Below, in pieces: positions 12,012-24,358 of a stretch of DNA of 64,000 nucleotides. The position numbers and the translations under genes were made by a program. This DNA comes from Eledone cirrhosa (lineage: Eukaryota), in contig OZ024760.1 of assembly GCA_964016885.1 (NCBI GenBank), positions 9,548,001 through 9,612,000 on the forward strand, read 5' to 3'. The notes below the pieces were generated by a model, which was not told where the DNA came from, ran no database searches, and saw only the letters and a list, made by a program, of their open reading frames with translations. Every line of letters starts with the position of its first letter. Within the stretch, counting starts at the first letter, position 1.

Positions 12012-12047
12012 TCTTAACGTTTCGGACGCTGGTCCTTCATCAGAAGA
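12012..12047 (-). ncRNA. Ultra-minimal hammerhead-ribozyme motif (family H2)
   Basis: tctt-CTGATGA-A-ggac cagc gtcc-GAAA-cg-TT-aaga; adjacent to (TA)n; partial relative near 31280. Confidence 0.7.
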
Positions 12048-12667
12048 AAGAATGAGAAATAAAATAGATTGAGGGGACGGGCGGGATGGAATTGGAGAAA
12101 AAAATGTCTTTAGATAAAAATAATAGGTCCGTTCATGTTGACATCTCTTTTATTGTCACTTGCCTGGTTTCACTGTATGGTTTATAAATTCCTAGACTTG
12201 TTCAGTAAACAGATGACGAGATTTGACTGTGACAGTGGATGGCAAGAGGGAAACTGGTAGAGGTTTGTGTGTGTGGCTGTCGTGTGTAGTGTGTGTAAGC
12301 AGTGTGTATGAAGAAGTAGATTGGTTACAAGGTAAGTGTGTATGTTGTTGTTGTTGTTGTTGTTGTTGACATGTATTTATGTTATTTAAATGTGTAAATA
12401 ATATACTTTACTGTTTACAAGGAAAATATAATTATATTGAGATTTGGCGCATCTACATTCTAAATAATACACCAATACACGCACACATACACACACATAC
12501 AAACACATACATACACACACACACATATACATAGGTATATATATACACACACAGACATATATATACATATATATACACATGCATACAGAAAAATGTATGT
12601 ATATATATATATGCATACACACACACACACATATATATATACATATATATACACACGCACTCACAAA

Positions 12668-12701
<34 letters not shown>

Positions 12702-12803
12702 GCATACACACACACATATATATATACATATATATATACACATGCACAACACAAAATGTGTGTATGTATATATATATATATATATATGCATACACACATT
12801 CAC

Positions 12804-12836
<33 letters not shown>

Positions 12837-13063
12837 TACACACACACTCACAAAACGCACACATACACACATACTCACACACATACACACACACATATAT
12901 ATATATACACACACACACATATCACAGCAAGTTATGAGAGAGACAATAATTTCAATGAAATTGTTTTTAGTTTAGAAAAATCTTTAAATAGTTTCACATT
13001 GGATTTTAAAACAATTATTTTATTATCACATGGCAGAAATATTCTGTGGAGTTAGCTTTTACC

Positions 13064-13746
13064 TGGTGGTGGTGGTGGTGGTTTATGGTGGTGGTGGTGG
13101 TACTGTGGTGGTGGTGGTGGTGGTGGTGGTGGTTGTGGCAATGGTGGTGTTGCTGGTGGTGGTGTTGGTGGTGGTATTACTGTGGTGGTGGCGGTGGTGG
13201 TGGTGGTGGTAGTGGGGGTGGTGGTGGTGGTATTACTGTGGTGGTGGTGGTGGTGGTGGTGGTAGTGTGGTGGTGGTGGTGGTGGTGATGGTAGTGGTGG
13301 TGTGGTGGTGGTGGTACTGTGGTGGTGGTGTGGTGGTGTGGTGGTATTGGTGGTGGTGGTGGTGGTGGTGGTGGTGGTGATGGTAGTGGGGGTGGTGATG
13401 GTGGTGGTGGTGATGGTACTGTGGTGGTGGTGGTGGTGGTGGTGGTGGTGTGGTGGTGATGGTGGTAATGGTGGTGGTGATGGTGGTGGTGGTGATGGTA
13501 GTGGCGATGGTGGTGGTGGTGGTGGTGGTGCTGGTGGGGTTGGTGGTACTGTGGTGGAGGTACTGTGGTGGTGGTATTGGTGGTATTGGTGGGGGTGGTG
13601 GTACTGTGGTGGTGGTATTGGTGGTATTGGTGGTGTTGGTGGTGGTGCTGGTGGGTGTTGTTGTTGGTGGTGGTGTTGGTGGTGGTGGTATTGGTGGTGG
13701 TGCTGGTGTTGTTGTTGTTGGTGGTGGTGTTGGTGGTGGTGGTGGT
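13064..13746. repeat. Degenerate (GGT)n microsatellite
   Basis: Direct inspection. Confidence 0.95.
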
Positions 13747-13964
13747 ATGTATGTATATATGTATGTGTATATGCATATACACCATGTAAATATAGCCAAA
13801 TGTGGTGGTTGGTATTCCTTATGTATACACAACACATACATACATAAATATACATACATACATAAATACTAAACATATGTACACACATATGCATATATAT
13901 ACACATACAAAACCTACATACATACATACATACACATATGCATATATATACAAACACACAATAT

Positions 13965-14895
13965 GGCTGCAAACTTGTGTTCAAGTATTGCCATCATCCG
14001 ATAAAATGCCCAAAAATGTGAGGCACGAATGTGGCTCTTTAAACCAGCCAAAGTCTTGCACCCTCTGGCACATACATGGCAACTGCAGGCTCCCCCGGGA
14101 CTTTCCACGGTTTAGTTCTGGCTGTGTGTTCTCAAATGTCTTTTCAGACCTCCCCAGCTTGCACATTCCACGCCACCTTCCCTACACCTTTTCAGATCAT
14201 AATCTACCTGAGGTCTACTGATATGACTTTGTTTATGTCTAATCAAACCAGCTTTGCTCCGGCAGACTCGACCACAGAGCTGGCAAACCAGATGCAGCTC
14301 AACAACTCAGACTCAGACTCAGAAGCTCCCGCGTCTTGCGACGCATGAGGTAATCATAGTGTTCCACCGCGTTTGGTCAGCAGCCAGTTGCACAGCGTCC
14401 CACCATTGTCTGTTTGTCGCTCGCAGGTCCCTCTCAACTGTCTGGCGCCAGTTCATTTTGGGTCACCCTCTCCGTCTGCTTCTCTGCGGGCTCCATTTAA
14501 GTACTTGGTTCGCCAGTCTCTCCGGGGGAAGTCTCAAAGCGTGCCCAAACCAGCCCAGGCGTCGCTTGCAGATGGCAGAAGAGACTAGCTGCCGGTTGGT
14601 GCGGCTCAACAACAGACAGTCCAAAATAGTTCCTTTTCCTCGCCTTCCTTTTCAGTGTTAGGTGTTCTCTTCGACGAGTTTCAAAGTGTTCACCACCTGA
14701 CTTGATCAAACGTCCCCACTTCACACGCTCCTCAGCCATTTTCACTTCCCTACACCTTTTCAGATCATAATCTACCTGAGGTCTACTGATATGACTTTGT
14801 TTATGTCTAATCAAACCAGCTTTGCTCAGGCAGACTCGACCACAGAGCTGGCAAACCAGATGATGTCCAACAACAGGCAGTTCAGAACAGTCTCT
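13965..14895 (-). mobile_element. Rearranged RTE-BovB-like LINE 3' end with C2H2 fingers, interrupted by a second RTE
   Basis: CQLCGRVCLSKAGLIRHKQSH, CHVCARGCKTLAGLKSHIRASH, ERVKWGRLIKSGGEHFETRRREHL; ~115-bp duplication (14177-14294 / 14745-14861). Confidence 0.7.
14307..14603 (-). mobile_element. 5'-truncated RTE LINE with (TCTGAG)n tail and 10-bp TSD
   Basis: TSD GCTCAACAAC at 14297-14306 and 14604-14613; near-identical to 55260-55556. Confidence 0.88.
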
Positions 14896-15029
14896 TTTCA
14901 CATATATACATACATACATACACACACACACATATATACAAACATATATACACACACACAGACATATAGAAACACATATGTACATACATACATATATACA
15001 AACATATATACATGCATACATACATATTA

Positions 15030-15265
15030 TGGAGCTACGGGTTATATACCAACCAGCTTGGACCAATGTATAACTGAACTTGGATTGGCACAAAGAGCGC
15101 AGCTCCCTAATTCATAGACTACAAATGGCTGCGATAGCTGGCACCTTCAAAATTTGCAAAACATTCTTGTGATTCAAGGGATGACAATTTCTTTTCTTTT
15201 ACAACCTTGCCACCAGGAAGGTGGCCGGTCAAAAAAATATACTCGAAATTAAGAGAAAGAGATAA
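15030..15265. repeat. Unclassified interspersed repeat, copy 1 (copy 2 at ~56590-56820)
   Basis: Near-identical ~230-bp sequence at two sites, flanked by (CATA)n/(TA)n. Confidence 0.8.
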
Positions 15266-15589
15266 CATACATATGTACATACAAACACATATATGCAAAC
15301 ACATATATAAATATACTCATATTCAGGATTTTCCGTAAGTATTCCTGTCGGAAATTAGGATGGTTTCTGAAGTGGAAGGATGATGGTTGAAGTATTTTAC
15401 TGGAAAAGAAGGGAGCTGGAATCTTTAAGATGGAAATTCAGAAATAAAGTGAGGAACATGTTAAGAAGGATGACTATTTGTTGTAAGATTATAATAATTT
15501 GTCCATTCCGTGTGAGTTTTATTTAGAGAATATAGGGTTGGAGAGGACTTTTCAGTCTGATGGGACAACATCTCTACTATTGCTGACAC

Positions 15590-16165
15590 AATAAAATACA
15601 CCCAGTACACCCTGTAATGTGGTAGTGCTGGTGGCATGATAAAATACACCCAGTACACTCTGTAATGTGGTAGTGCTGGTGGCATGATAAAATACACCCA
15701 ATACACCCTGTAAAGTGGTAGTGCTGGTGGCATGATAAAATACACCCAGTACACCCTGTAATGTAGTAGTGCTGGTGGCATGATAAAATACACCCAGTAC
15801 ACCCTGTAATGTAGTAGTGCTGGTGGCATGATAAAATACACCCAGTACACCCTGTAATGTGGTAGTGCTGGTGGCATGATAAAATACACCCAGTACACCC
15901 TGTAATGTGGTAGTGCTGGTGGCATGATAAAATACACCGAATATACTCTGCAATGTGTTAGTACTGGTGTCATGATAAAATACACCCAGTACACTCTGTA
16001 AAGTGGTAGTTTTGGTGACACGATAAAATACACCCATTACACTCTGTAAAGTTTTAGTGGTGGTGCCATGATACAATGCTCCCAGAACACCATCTAAAGT
16101 GGTAATACTGGAGCCATGATAAAATGCGCCCAGTAGACTCTGCAAAGTGTTAGTGATCATGCCAT
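15590..16165. repeat. 48-bp minisatellite homologous to the internal unit of SINE family A
   Basis: ATAAAATACACCCAGTACACCCTGTAATGTGGTAGTGCTGGTGGCATG versus AAAAAAGCACCCAGCACTCGCTGTAAAGTGGTCGTGGAGGTGCCACGG; followed by diverged SINE 3' sequence. Confidence 0.85.
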
Positions 16166-16348
16166 GAAAAAAAAAAAAAAAAAAAAAAAAAAAAGAAAAC
16201 GCATTCTGTGAGATGGTTGGCTTTAGAAGAGAGTTCCAGCCTTAGAAACAATGGCAAATATAGAAAATATGAACAAAAGAGAGGTCAGGCTGACCCACTT
16301 ATTCCTGGATAAGGAGAACCCACCCAATCCACGCTAATGTGGAAAATG

Positions 16349-16386
<38 letters not shown>

Positions 16387-16557
16387 AAGAAGGAGGAGGT
16401 GGTGGAGGAAGGTGGTGGAAGATGGTGGAGGAGAATGAGGAAGGTGGCGATGATAGAGTCCAATGAACTCAATGGATTATCTCACAGACTTGCTTTGATT
16501 GAATCAACAGAAATGTTTTGCGCAGCTCATTGGAAATTGTAGAAAACTTTTGTGATT

Positions 16558-16990
16558 TCTTCTTCTTCTTCTTCTTTGTCCACTTATTATTATTATAGAA
16601 GTCAGCTCTGGAATGGGTCTTCTTCTTCTTCTTCTTCTTCGCCTCCTCCTCCTCCTCCTCCTTCTTCTTCTTCTTCTTCTTCTTCGTCTCCTCCTCCTCC
16701 TCCTCCCCCTTCTTCTTTGTCCACTTATTATTATTATAGAAGTCAGCTCTGGAATGGGTCTTCTTCTTCTTCTCCTCCTCCTTCTTCTTCTCCTCCTCCT
16801 CCTTCTTCTTCTTCTTCTTCGTCTCCTCCTCCTCCTTCTTCTTCTCCTTCTTCGTCTCCTCCTCCTCCTTCTTCTTCTCCTCCTCCTCCTCCTTCTTCTT
16901 CTTCTTCTTCGTCTCCTCCTCCTCCTCCTTCTTCTTCTTCTTCTTCTTCTCCCACTTATTATTATAGAAGTCAGCTCTGGAATGGGTTTT
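16558..16990. repeat. (TCT/CCT)n tract punctuated by three copies of a ~37-bp motif
   Basis: CACTTATTATTATAGAAGTCAGCTCTGGAATGGG near 16581, 16722 and 16952. Confidence 0.9.
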
Positions 16991-17050
16991 TCTAATCATA
17001 CTTTCATTCAGATTTAACAGAACAACAAAATCGAGATGTTTTTATTTCGC

Positions 17051-17117
<67 letters not shown>

Positions 17118-17137
17118 ATATATGTATATATATATAA

Positions 17138-17322
17138 TTGTTTCTACTTTAGGCACAAGGCCAGCAAATACCCAGTGTATTACTGGTACTTTATTTTATC
17201 GACCCCGTAAGGATGAAAGGCAAAGTCAACCTCGGCGGGATTTGAACTCAGACCGTAAAGGGACGTAACTATACTGGAAAGCATGGCGTCCGACCCTCTA
17301 CCGATACTGCCAATCCATTGCC
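17138..17322 (-). mobile_element. SINE family B copy
   Basis: Reverse complement of the SINE B consensus. Other copies: ~10680-10845, 20840-21040, 21096-21288, 23220-23408, 30048-30232, 33978-34158, 37987-38168, 45970-46148, 58330-58480, 59624-59812. Confidence 0.9.
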
Positions 17323-17599
17323 GAATATTAATAATAATATTCGATTCGTTTGCAATTAAGCAAACAGCCTCTTTAAGTCATGTGAGTAGAATGACTCCAT
17401 CATTCTTGCTCTTGTGTTGGCATAACTGCTTACCTGCCAACTGTCAGAGCTTGTGAAAATATATATGATATACAGTGACTGATCGGCCTGATTTGCATAT
17501 TTATAGCAGACTGCCTGATCAATCAGATCTGCATATTAGCAGATATGATAAGGTAAGCAGTATATATATATATATATATATATCATCAAGATCTTGGTT

Positions 17600-17935
17600 T
17601 GCTGGTCGACTCGTCCTTCAAACCATCAAAACATTGCATTCAAGCTGCAAACAAGGCAAGGACCTCTCTTTTTCTTATTCGACGCTCCTTTGCCAAACTC
17701 ACTCCAGAAATTTCCAGGCCTCTCTATGTCGCCCTCGTGAGACCGCACCTAGAATATGGCATCCAAGCATCAAACCCATATCTCATCCGGGATATCCATC
17801 ACTTGGAGAGAGTTCAATGATTAGCGACTTGAATGGTACAGGGTCTTCATGAGCTGCCCTATGAAAGCCGGCTGCAGAAGCTGAACCTCTTCTCCTTGGA
17901 GCGTTGACGGCTAAGAGGCGATCTCATTTTGGCTT
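17600..17935 (+). mobile_element. CR1-clade LINE ORF2 fragment with stops
   Basis: LYVALVRPHLEYG...IHHLERVQ...LPYESRLQKLNLFSLER*RLRGDLI. Confidence 0.88.
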
Positions 17936-18049
17936 CATCTACCTCTCCTGCAGCTTTCCTTCTACTGGGATAGCCCAGCATCTCTTTACCCATCGATCAT
18001 CATCCCTGCACACCACATGTCCATACCAACGCAGTCTTCTCTCCAATTG

Positions 18050-18410
18050 ACCAAACCAGCCTGTACCACGATCCCTGCCAAACCAAACTGTACCACGATC
18101 TCTGCAAACCAAACTGTACCTCGATCCCTGCCAAACGAAACTGTACCTCGATCCCTGCCAAACCAAACTGTACCACGATCCCTGCCAAACCAAACTGTAC
18201 CTCGATCCCTGCCAAACGAAACTGTACCACGATCCCTGCCAAACGAAACTGTACCACGATCCCTGCCAAACCAAACTGTACCACGATCCCTGCCAAACCA
18301 AACTGTACCACGATCCCTGCCAAACCAAACTGTACCACAATCCCTGCCAAACCAAACTGTACCACAATCCCTGCCAAACCAAACTGTACCACAATCCCTG
18401 CCAAACCAAA
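18050..18410. repeat. 27-bp minisatellite adjoining a candidate exon donor
   Basis: ACCACGATCCCTGCCAAACCAAACTGT, about 13 copies. Confidence 0.93.
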
Positions 18411-18468
18411 CCATACTCACCCTCCCACACCAAACCGTACTTACCCTCCCACACCAAACCGTACTCAC

Positions 18469-18528
18469 CCTCCATATTCGGCAAATCATAACACGGATCA
18501 CTGATCCTCCCAAACTCAGGTTACGTAA
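18469..18528 (-). CDS. Candidate exon (LRNLSLGGSVIRVMICRIWR) of minus-strand gene 1
   Basis: cccag acceptor, AGG/gtgagt donor, phase 0 compatible with the 19841-19944 exon. Confidence 0.45.
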
Positions 18529-19137
18529 CTGGGCCACCACAGCCACATATGTATACACATACAGACACACACAGCACCACAGCTACATATGTATACACAT
18601 ACAGACACTCACAGCACCACATATGTATACACATACATACACACACAGACACACATACAGACACACACAGACACACATACAGACACACACAGACACACAT
18701 ACAGACACATACAGACACATACAGACACATACAGACACACACAGACACACATACACACGACAACATACAGACATTTACACAGGCATACACAAAATATGTG
18801 TGTTAGAGTGACTAGGAGGATTAGTAGGAGTAGAATATATGAGTGGGTAGGAGGAGTAGTAGGAGTGGTAGAATATACGAGAGAGGAGGAGGGGGAGTAG
18901 TAGGAGTTGTAGAATATACTAGAGAGTAGTAGTAGTAGTAGTAGAAGATGAAAGTAGGAGGAGCAGTATTAGTAGAGTATATGAGAGAGTAGTAGTAGGA
19001 GTAGAGTATATGAGAGAGTAGTAGTAGTAGGAGTAGAACACACGAGAGAGTAGTAGTAGGAGTAGAAGATATGAGAGAGTAGAAGATATGAGAGTAGGAG
19101 GAGCAGTATTAGTAGAGTATATGAGAGAGTAGGAGTA

Positions 19138-19174
<37 letters not shown>

Positions 19175-19576
19175 AATTTGCCGGTCATTTGATGCGGGAA
19201 GGAGCAACTTAACAGACACGATTTTTAACTGTGGTAAGAAATGTTTTTCTTATATCAAAGTTTAATGGGCTTCCACTGATGATTTATAAGCACCCACCTA
19301 AATATATTCTTACATGAATGTATATTAGGCTTCTACATAAACTGGAAATATTCTCCGAATTTGTAGAAAACTTATAATGAAACAATTGTTTGGAATTAGA
19401 GATATATTTTAACTTTAATTATATCTCATAAAATAATACAACTGGCTTTTCCACATAATACATATTGTTAGCACCCCAAACACTTAAATTGGGTTTATAT
19501 TAAAATATAACCTAATGTTTGTTGAGTGAGATGGTTACCAGTCAGAGATTAGCTTTAAACTATCTCTGTTATTGTA

Positions 19577-19627
<51 letters not shown>

Positions 19628-19840
19628 AGAGTAGTAGTAAGAGTAGAATACATGAGAGAGTAGCAGTAGGAGTAGAATACATGAGAGAGTAGCAGTAGTG
19701 GTACAGTATATGAGAGAGTAGCAGTAGGAGTAGTACAGTATATGAGAGAGTAGCAGTAGGAGTAGCAGTAGGAGTAGTAGAGTATATGAGAGCAGGAAGA
19801 GGAGCAGTATCAGTAGAGTATATGAGAGAGTAGGACTTAC

Positions 19841-19944
19841 AACTCTTGGAGGTGTGGTGTAGTAAAGCTGTGAGGTGTGTTTGTCTTCCTCGGCACATTG
19901 GATTATTTCCTTTTCACCATCCTGCCATTGTTGCCACGCCATTG
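19841..19944 (-). CDS. Candidate exon (MAWQQWQDGEKEIIQCAEEDKHTSQLYYTTPPRV) of minus-strand gene 1
   Basis: ttttgtctgcag acceptor, gtaagt donor; unique island between microsatellites. Confidence 0.55.
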
Positions 19945-20000
19945 CTGCAGACAAAATAGAACACAGCAGTTAATAAACAACACATATCATGTGTCTGTGT

Positions 20001-20032
<32 letters not shown>

Positions 20033-20323
20033 TGCTGAATGTGTGTGTATCTGTGTCTGTGTGTGTGTGTGTGTCGCTGTGTGTGTGTATGTATGTGTGT
20101 GTCGCCGTGTGTGTGTGTGTGTGTGTGTATGTGTGTGTGTGTGTGTCGCTGTGCATATGTGTGTGTGTGTGTGTGTGTATGTGTGTGTGTGTGTGTCGCT
20201 GTGCATATGTGTGTGTGTGTGTCGCTGTGTGCGTGTGTGTGTGTCCAGTGTGTGTGTGTGTCGCTGTGTGTGTGTCGCTGTATGTGTGTGTCAGTGTGTG
20301 TGTGTGTGTCAGTGTGTGTGCAT

Positions 20324-20364
<41 letters not shown>

Positions 20365-20395
20365 AGTGTGTGTGTGTGTGTGTGTGTGTGTGTCA

Positions 20396-20426
<31 letters not shown>

Positions 20427-21589
20427 TGTGTGTTTAACTCTCCCTCAGATTTGACAATAAGGGAGATTCAATTTCATCAATGGAAGAGCTTGCTCCTGAA
20501 ATACGAACATGACTGAGCTTTCCACTGACACAGGCACCCTTAACGTAGTCCTCAGGGAGATCCAGTGTGACACAGAGTGTGACATGGCTCTCCCTTTGAA
20601 TTACAGGTACAACAACTCATTTTTTTCAGTTGAATGAACAAGAATAATGTGAAGTAAAATGTCTTGCTCAAGGGCACAATGTGTTGTTCAGAATCCCATG
20701 ACGTTGTTATCTTGAGCCAAACACTCTAACCACTAATCCAAACTGCTAATTAGGCTGTAATTAAATATATAAGAGATTAATTACAAAATTATAAGCAAAC
20801 TTCTAGGTTGTCGGATCATTTGGCGCTGTGGTCTTTATTGGCAGTAATTGGTAGAGCGTCAGACACCAGGCTTTGTAGCATAGAGTTATGGCCCTTTATG
20901 TTCTGAGTTCAAATCCCTATGAGGTTAGTGTTCATCTTTACAGGGTCAACACAATAAATCACCAGTAATGCACTGGGGTTGATTTAATTGATTCCCGTCC
21001 CGCCAAAAAATTGTTGTCCTTGTGCCTAACTCAGAAACCATTACAGGTAAAATTTCATTATAACGAATACCATTATAACGAATCTTTCAGTATAATTGTT
21101 TCTACTTTTGGCACAAGACCAGCAATTACCCCAGTACATTACTGGTACTTTATTTTATCGACCCCCGTAAGGATGGATGAAAGGCAAAGTTAAAATCGGC
21201 GGGATTTGAAATCAGACTGTAAAGGGACGTAACTCTATGCTGCAAAGCATGGCGTCCGACCCTCTACCGATATTGCCAATCCACTGCCTTCATTATCTTT
21301 CAGTATAATGAAATGTTTTTCAATCCCCACCCAGCCACACACTGGATGTGTTGCAGTCAATCTCGTCATAAAACATTTTCAATAAATTGCCAGCAATTAC
21401 CCGAGTACATTACTGGTACTTTATTTTATCGACTCCGTAAGGATGAAAGGCAAAATTTGCAATAACTTTTTTTTATATCCATGAATTTCATTATAATGGA
21501 ATTTCACTGCATATATAATGGTTGGTCTCTTGATTTCACTTTACCTAAATGGTAGATAGTATTTAGAGTTTACCCATGGTCATAAATCT

Positions 21590-22012
21590 TGGCTAATGAC
21601 TGAAAGAATACAATCATGGATACAAGAGGCCGAAATAGGGTTCTTCTGAAGGGTCTTTGGACTAACGTTACTCAATAGAGTGTGTAGCTTGGAGATCATT
21701 GAGTTGCTCCATGTAGAGCTGCTACTTCTCTGAATTGAGAGATCACAGCTCTAGTATTACGGACATGTGGTTAGAATGTCTCAGGAAAGAATTCCTGGAC
21801 AAATTCAAATTTTATGGGCCAAACAATCAGGCAGGAGACCCAGGGGTAGACCCCTGAGCTAGACAGTTGGATAACATCCATAAGCTTGATCGTTCTAGCT
21901 TGGGACTCCAGCCAGATCAATAGGAAACCGTTGCTTCTGACAGGAACTGCTGGAAGGAGTGTTTGATGTCTTTGACTCCATGATCCTCTGAGGAATAAGT
22001 GATCAAAGAAGA
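21590..22012 (+). mobile_element. Decayed RTE LINE 3' fragment
   Basis: IQEAEIGFF...IERSQL*YYGHVVRMSQERIPGQI; related copy at 54447-54690. Confidence 0.7.
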
Positions 22013-22060
22013 AGAATTGCTGTGGAATGGCAGAATCAGTAGAGTCTCGGGAAAAATGCT

Positions 22061-22336
22061 TCAACCCTTTAGCATTCTATTTGGCCATATCCGGCTAGAA
22101 TTTTCTCACCTCTTTCTGTTCAAACTCTTTCTGTAACCAACTGCTCATACTTATGTTAAGGTATTGTTCTCAAAATAAGTGATATCAAAATCTCATAGAT
22201 TCGATATTATGTGCAGTAAAGCCTTTACCGTGAAAATACAATAGTATATATAGTGTAATGTAAATGTTATGTGAGGTAAAGCCTTTACCGTGAAAATACA
22301 ATAGTATATATAGTGTAACGTAAATGATAAAGGGTT
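22061..22336. mobile_element. piggyBac-like MITE
   Basis: Termini CCCTTTAGCATT ... AATG(A/C)TAAAGGG with TTAA-like flanks; copies at 24359-25242 and 29393-30006. Confidence 0.7.
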
Positions 22337-22364
22337 AGGGTTAGGGTTAGGGTTAGGGTTAGGG
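22331..22364 (+). repeat. Interstitial telomeric-type (TTAGGG)5
   Basis: Perfect hexamers continuing from the MITE terminus. Confidence 0.9.
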
Positions 22365-22906
22365 TATTTGTTCTGGTTCATTACACTCTGAGTTCAAATC
22401 CTGCTGAGATTAAGTTTGACTTTCATCCATGAAGGGTCAATAAAATCAAATACCAGTCATACGCTAGGGTTGATATAATTGACTTTCCACTCCTTACAAA
22501 TTAGTGGACTTGTGTTTAATTTATAGTTTAAAGTTGAGTGGTGGTGGTGGGAGTGTTAGGGGTGGTAGTGGTGGGAGTGTTAGGGGTGGGTAGTGGTGGT
22601 GGTGGTGGGAGTGTTAGGGGTGGTAGTGTTAAAGGTGGTGTTGGTAGGGGTGGTGGTGGGAGTGTTAAAGGTGGTGTTGGTGGTGATAGTGGTGTTGGTG
22701 GGAGTGTTAGGGGTGGTAGTGGTAGTGGTGGGAGTGTTAAAGGTGGTGTTGTTGTTGTTGGTGGTGGTGGTGGTGGGAGTGTTAGGGGTGGTGTTGGTGG
22801 TGATAGTGGTGGTGGTGGTGGGAGTGTTAGGGGTGGTGTTGGTGGTGATAGTGGTGGTGGTGGAAGTGTTAGTGGTGGGTAGTGGTGGTAGTGGTGTAAG
22901 TGGTGT

Positions 22907-22993
<87 letters not shown>

Positions 22994-23116
22994 CGACGAC
23001 GACGACGACGACAACAACAACAACAACATGCCTATGAACTAACAACAACAACATCAGTATTGCTATTTACTAACAACAACAACCACAACAGTGACAACAA
23101 CAACAACCACAACAGT

Positions 23117-23149
<33 letters not shown>

Positions 23150-23483
23150 ATGGCTATCTACTAATAACCACCACCACCACCACCACCACAACAACAACTA
23201 CATCATGGAAATCTAATAACTGTTTTTACTTTTGGCACAAGGCCAGCAATTACCCCAGTACATTACTGGTACTTTATTTTATCAACCCCCGTAAGGATGA
23301 AAGGCAAAGTTAACGTCGGGGGGATTTGAACTCAGAACGTAAAGGGACGTAACTCTATGCTGCAAAGCATGGCGTCCGACCCTCTACCGATACTGACAAC
23401 CCACCGCCATCTAATAACAACAACAACAACAACAGTATCAAAAACAACAACAAGAAGGCTGCATATATTTTGTTGAAACCGGC

Positions 23484-24028
23484 GAAGAAGAAGAAGAAAG
23501 AGAAGAAGAAGAAGAAGAAAAAGAAGAAGAAGAAGAAGAAGAAGAAGAAGAAGAAGAAGAAGAAGGAGGAGAGGAAGAAGAAGGAGAAGGAGAAGGAGAA
23601 GAAGAAGGAGAAGAAGGAGAAGAAGAAGAAGGAGGAGAGGAAGAAGAAGAAGAAGAAGAAGAAGAAGGAGAAGAAGGAGAAGAAGAAGAAGAAGAAGAAG
23701 AAGAAGAAGAAGAAGCAGAAGAAGAAGAAGCAGAAGAAGAAGAAAAGAAGAAGAAGAAGGAGAAGGAGGAGAAGAAGAAGAAGAAGGAGAAGAAGTAGAA
23801 GAAGAAGAAGAAGCAGAAGAAGAAGAAGGAGAAGAAGTAGAGGGAGAAGAAGAAGAAGAAGTAAAGGGAGAAGAAGAAGGAGGAGAAGAAGAAGAAGAAG
23901 AAGAAGAAAAGAAGAAGAAGAAGGAGAAGAAGTAGAGGGAGAAGAAGAAGAAGAAGTAAAGGGAGAAGAAGAAGGAGGAGAAGAAGAAGAAGAAGAAGAA
24001 GAAGAAGAGGGAGAAGAAGAAGAAGAAG
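23484..24028. repeat. (GAA/GGA)n polypurine tract
   Basis: Direct inspection. Confidence 0.95.
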
Positions 24029-24091
24029 TTAAAATGTAATGGAAAATAAAAGAAGTGAAATATATTGTTAGAAATAAAAGTATTGACTAAC

Positions 24092-24277
24092 ATTGACGCA
24101 ACGGTGAGTTGATAAATGGAGTGTATGTCTCTGAACAGCTTGATCTGCGTATATTGTGGAGTGGAGGAGGTTGACAGTGTTGGGCCTTCACCCAGACCAC
24201 ACTTGGTTGGCTTTTTCGACGGAACATCTTTTTCTATAAACCAATCTCTCGAACAGTCAAATCTACTATGGTTCACA
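24092..24277 (-). CDS. Candidate exon (VNHSRFDCSRDWFIEKDVP...IYQLTVAS) of minus-strand gene 1
   Basis: 61 open codons, aag acceptor, gttagt donor; phase 2 matches the upstream exon. Confidence 0.5.
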
Positions 24278-24358
24278 CTTATATTGAAAGACAACACAGA
24301 AGCTCTTCGGTGTTTGATGAACACACAATATATGTAACTCCTTGTGAAGAGGGTCGCT

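Noticed and set aside
13030-13984. Pro/His/Thr/Gly-rich ORFs, also at 22.5, 23.5 and 27.7 kb
   Set aside because: Trinucleotide microsatellites open in several frames on both strands
15461-15583. Possible exon IVEMLSHQTEK...NSHPS* and neighbours near 15.3-15.4 and 16.5 kb
   Set aside because: Weak or non-canonical splice sites and stops; could not be chained reliably
16575-16990. Constant ~37-bp repeats with variable spacers, CRISPR-like
   Set aside because: Spacers are (TCT/CCT)n expansions; eukaryotic context; no cas genes
19174-19228. Possible exon LKIVSVKLLLPASNDRQI with a good acceptor
   Set aside because: Its donor phase is incompatible with the next candidate exon, and the flanking exons join without it
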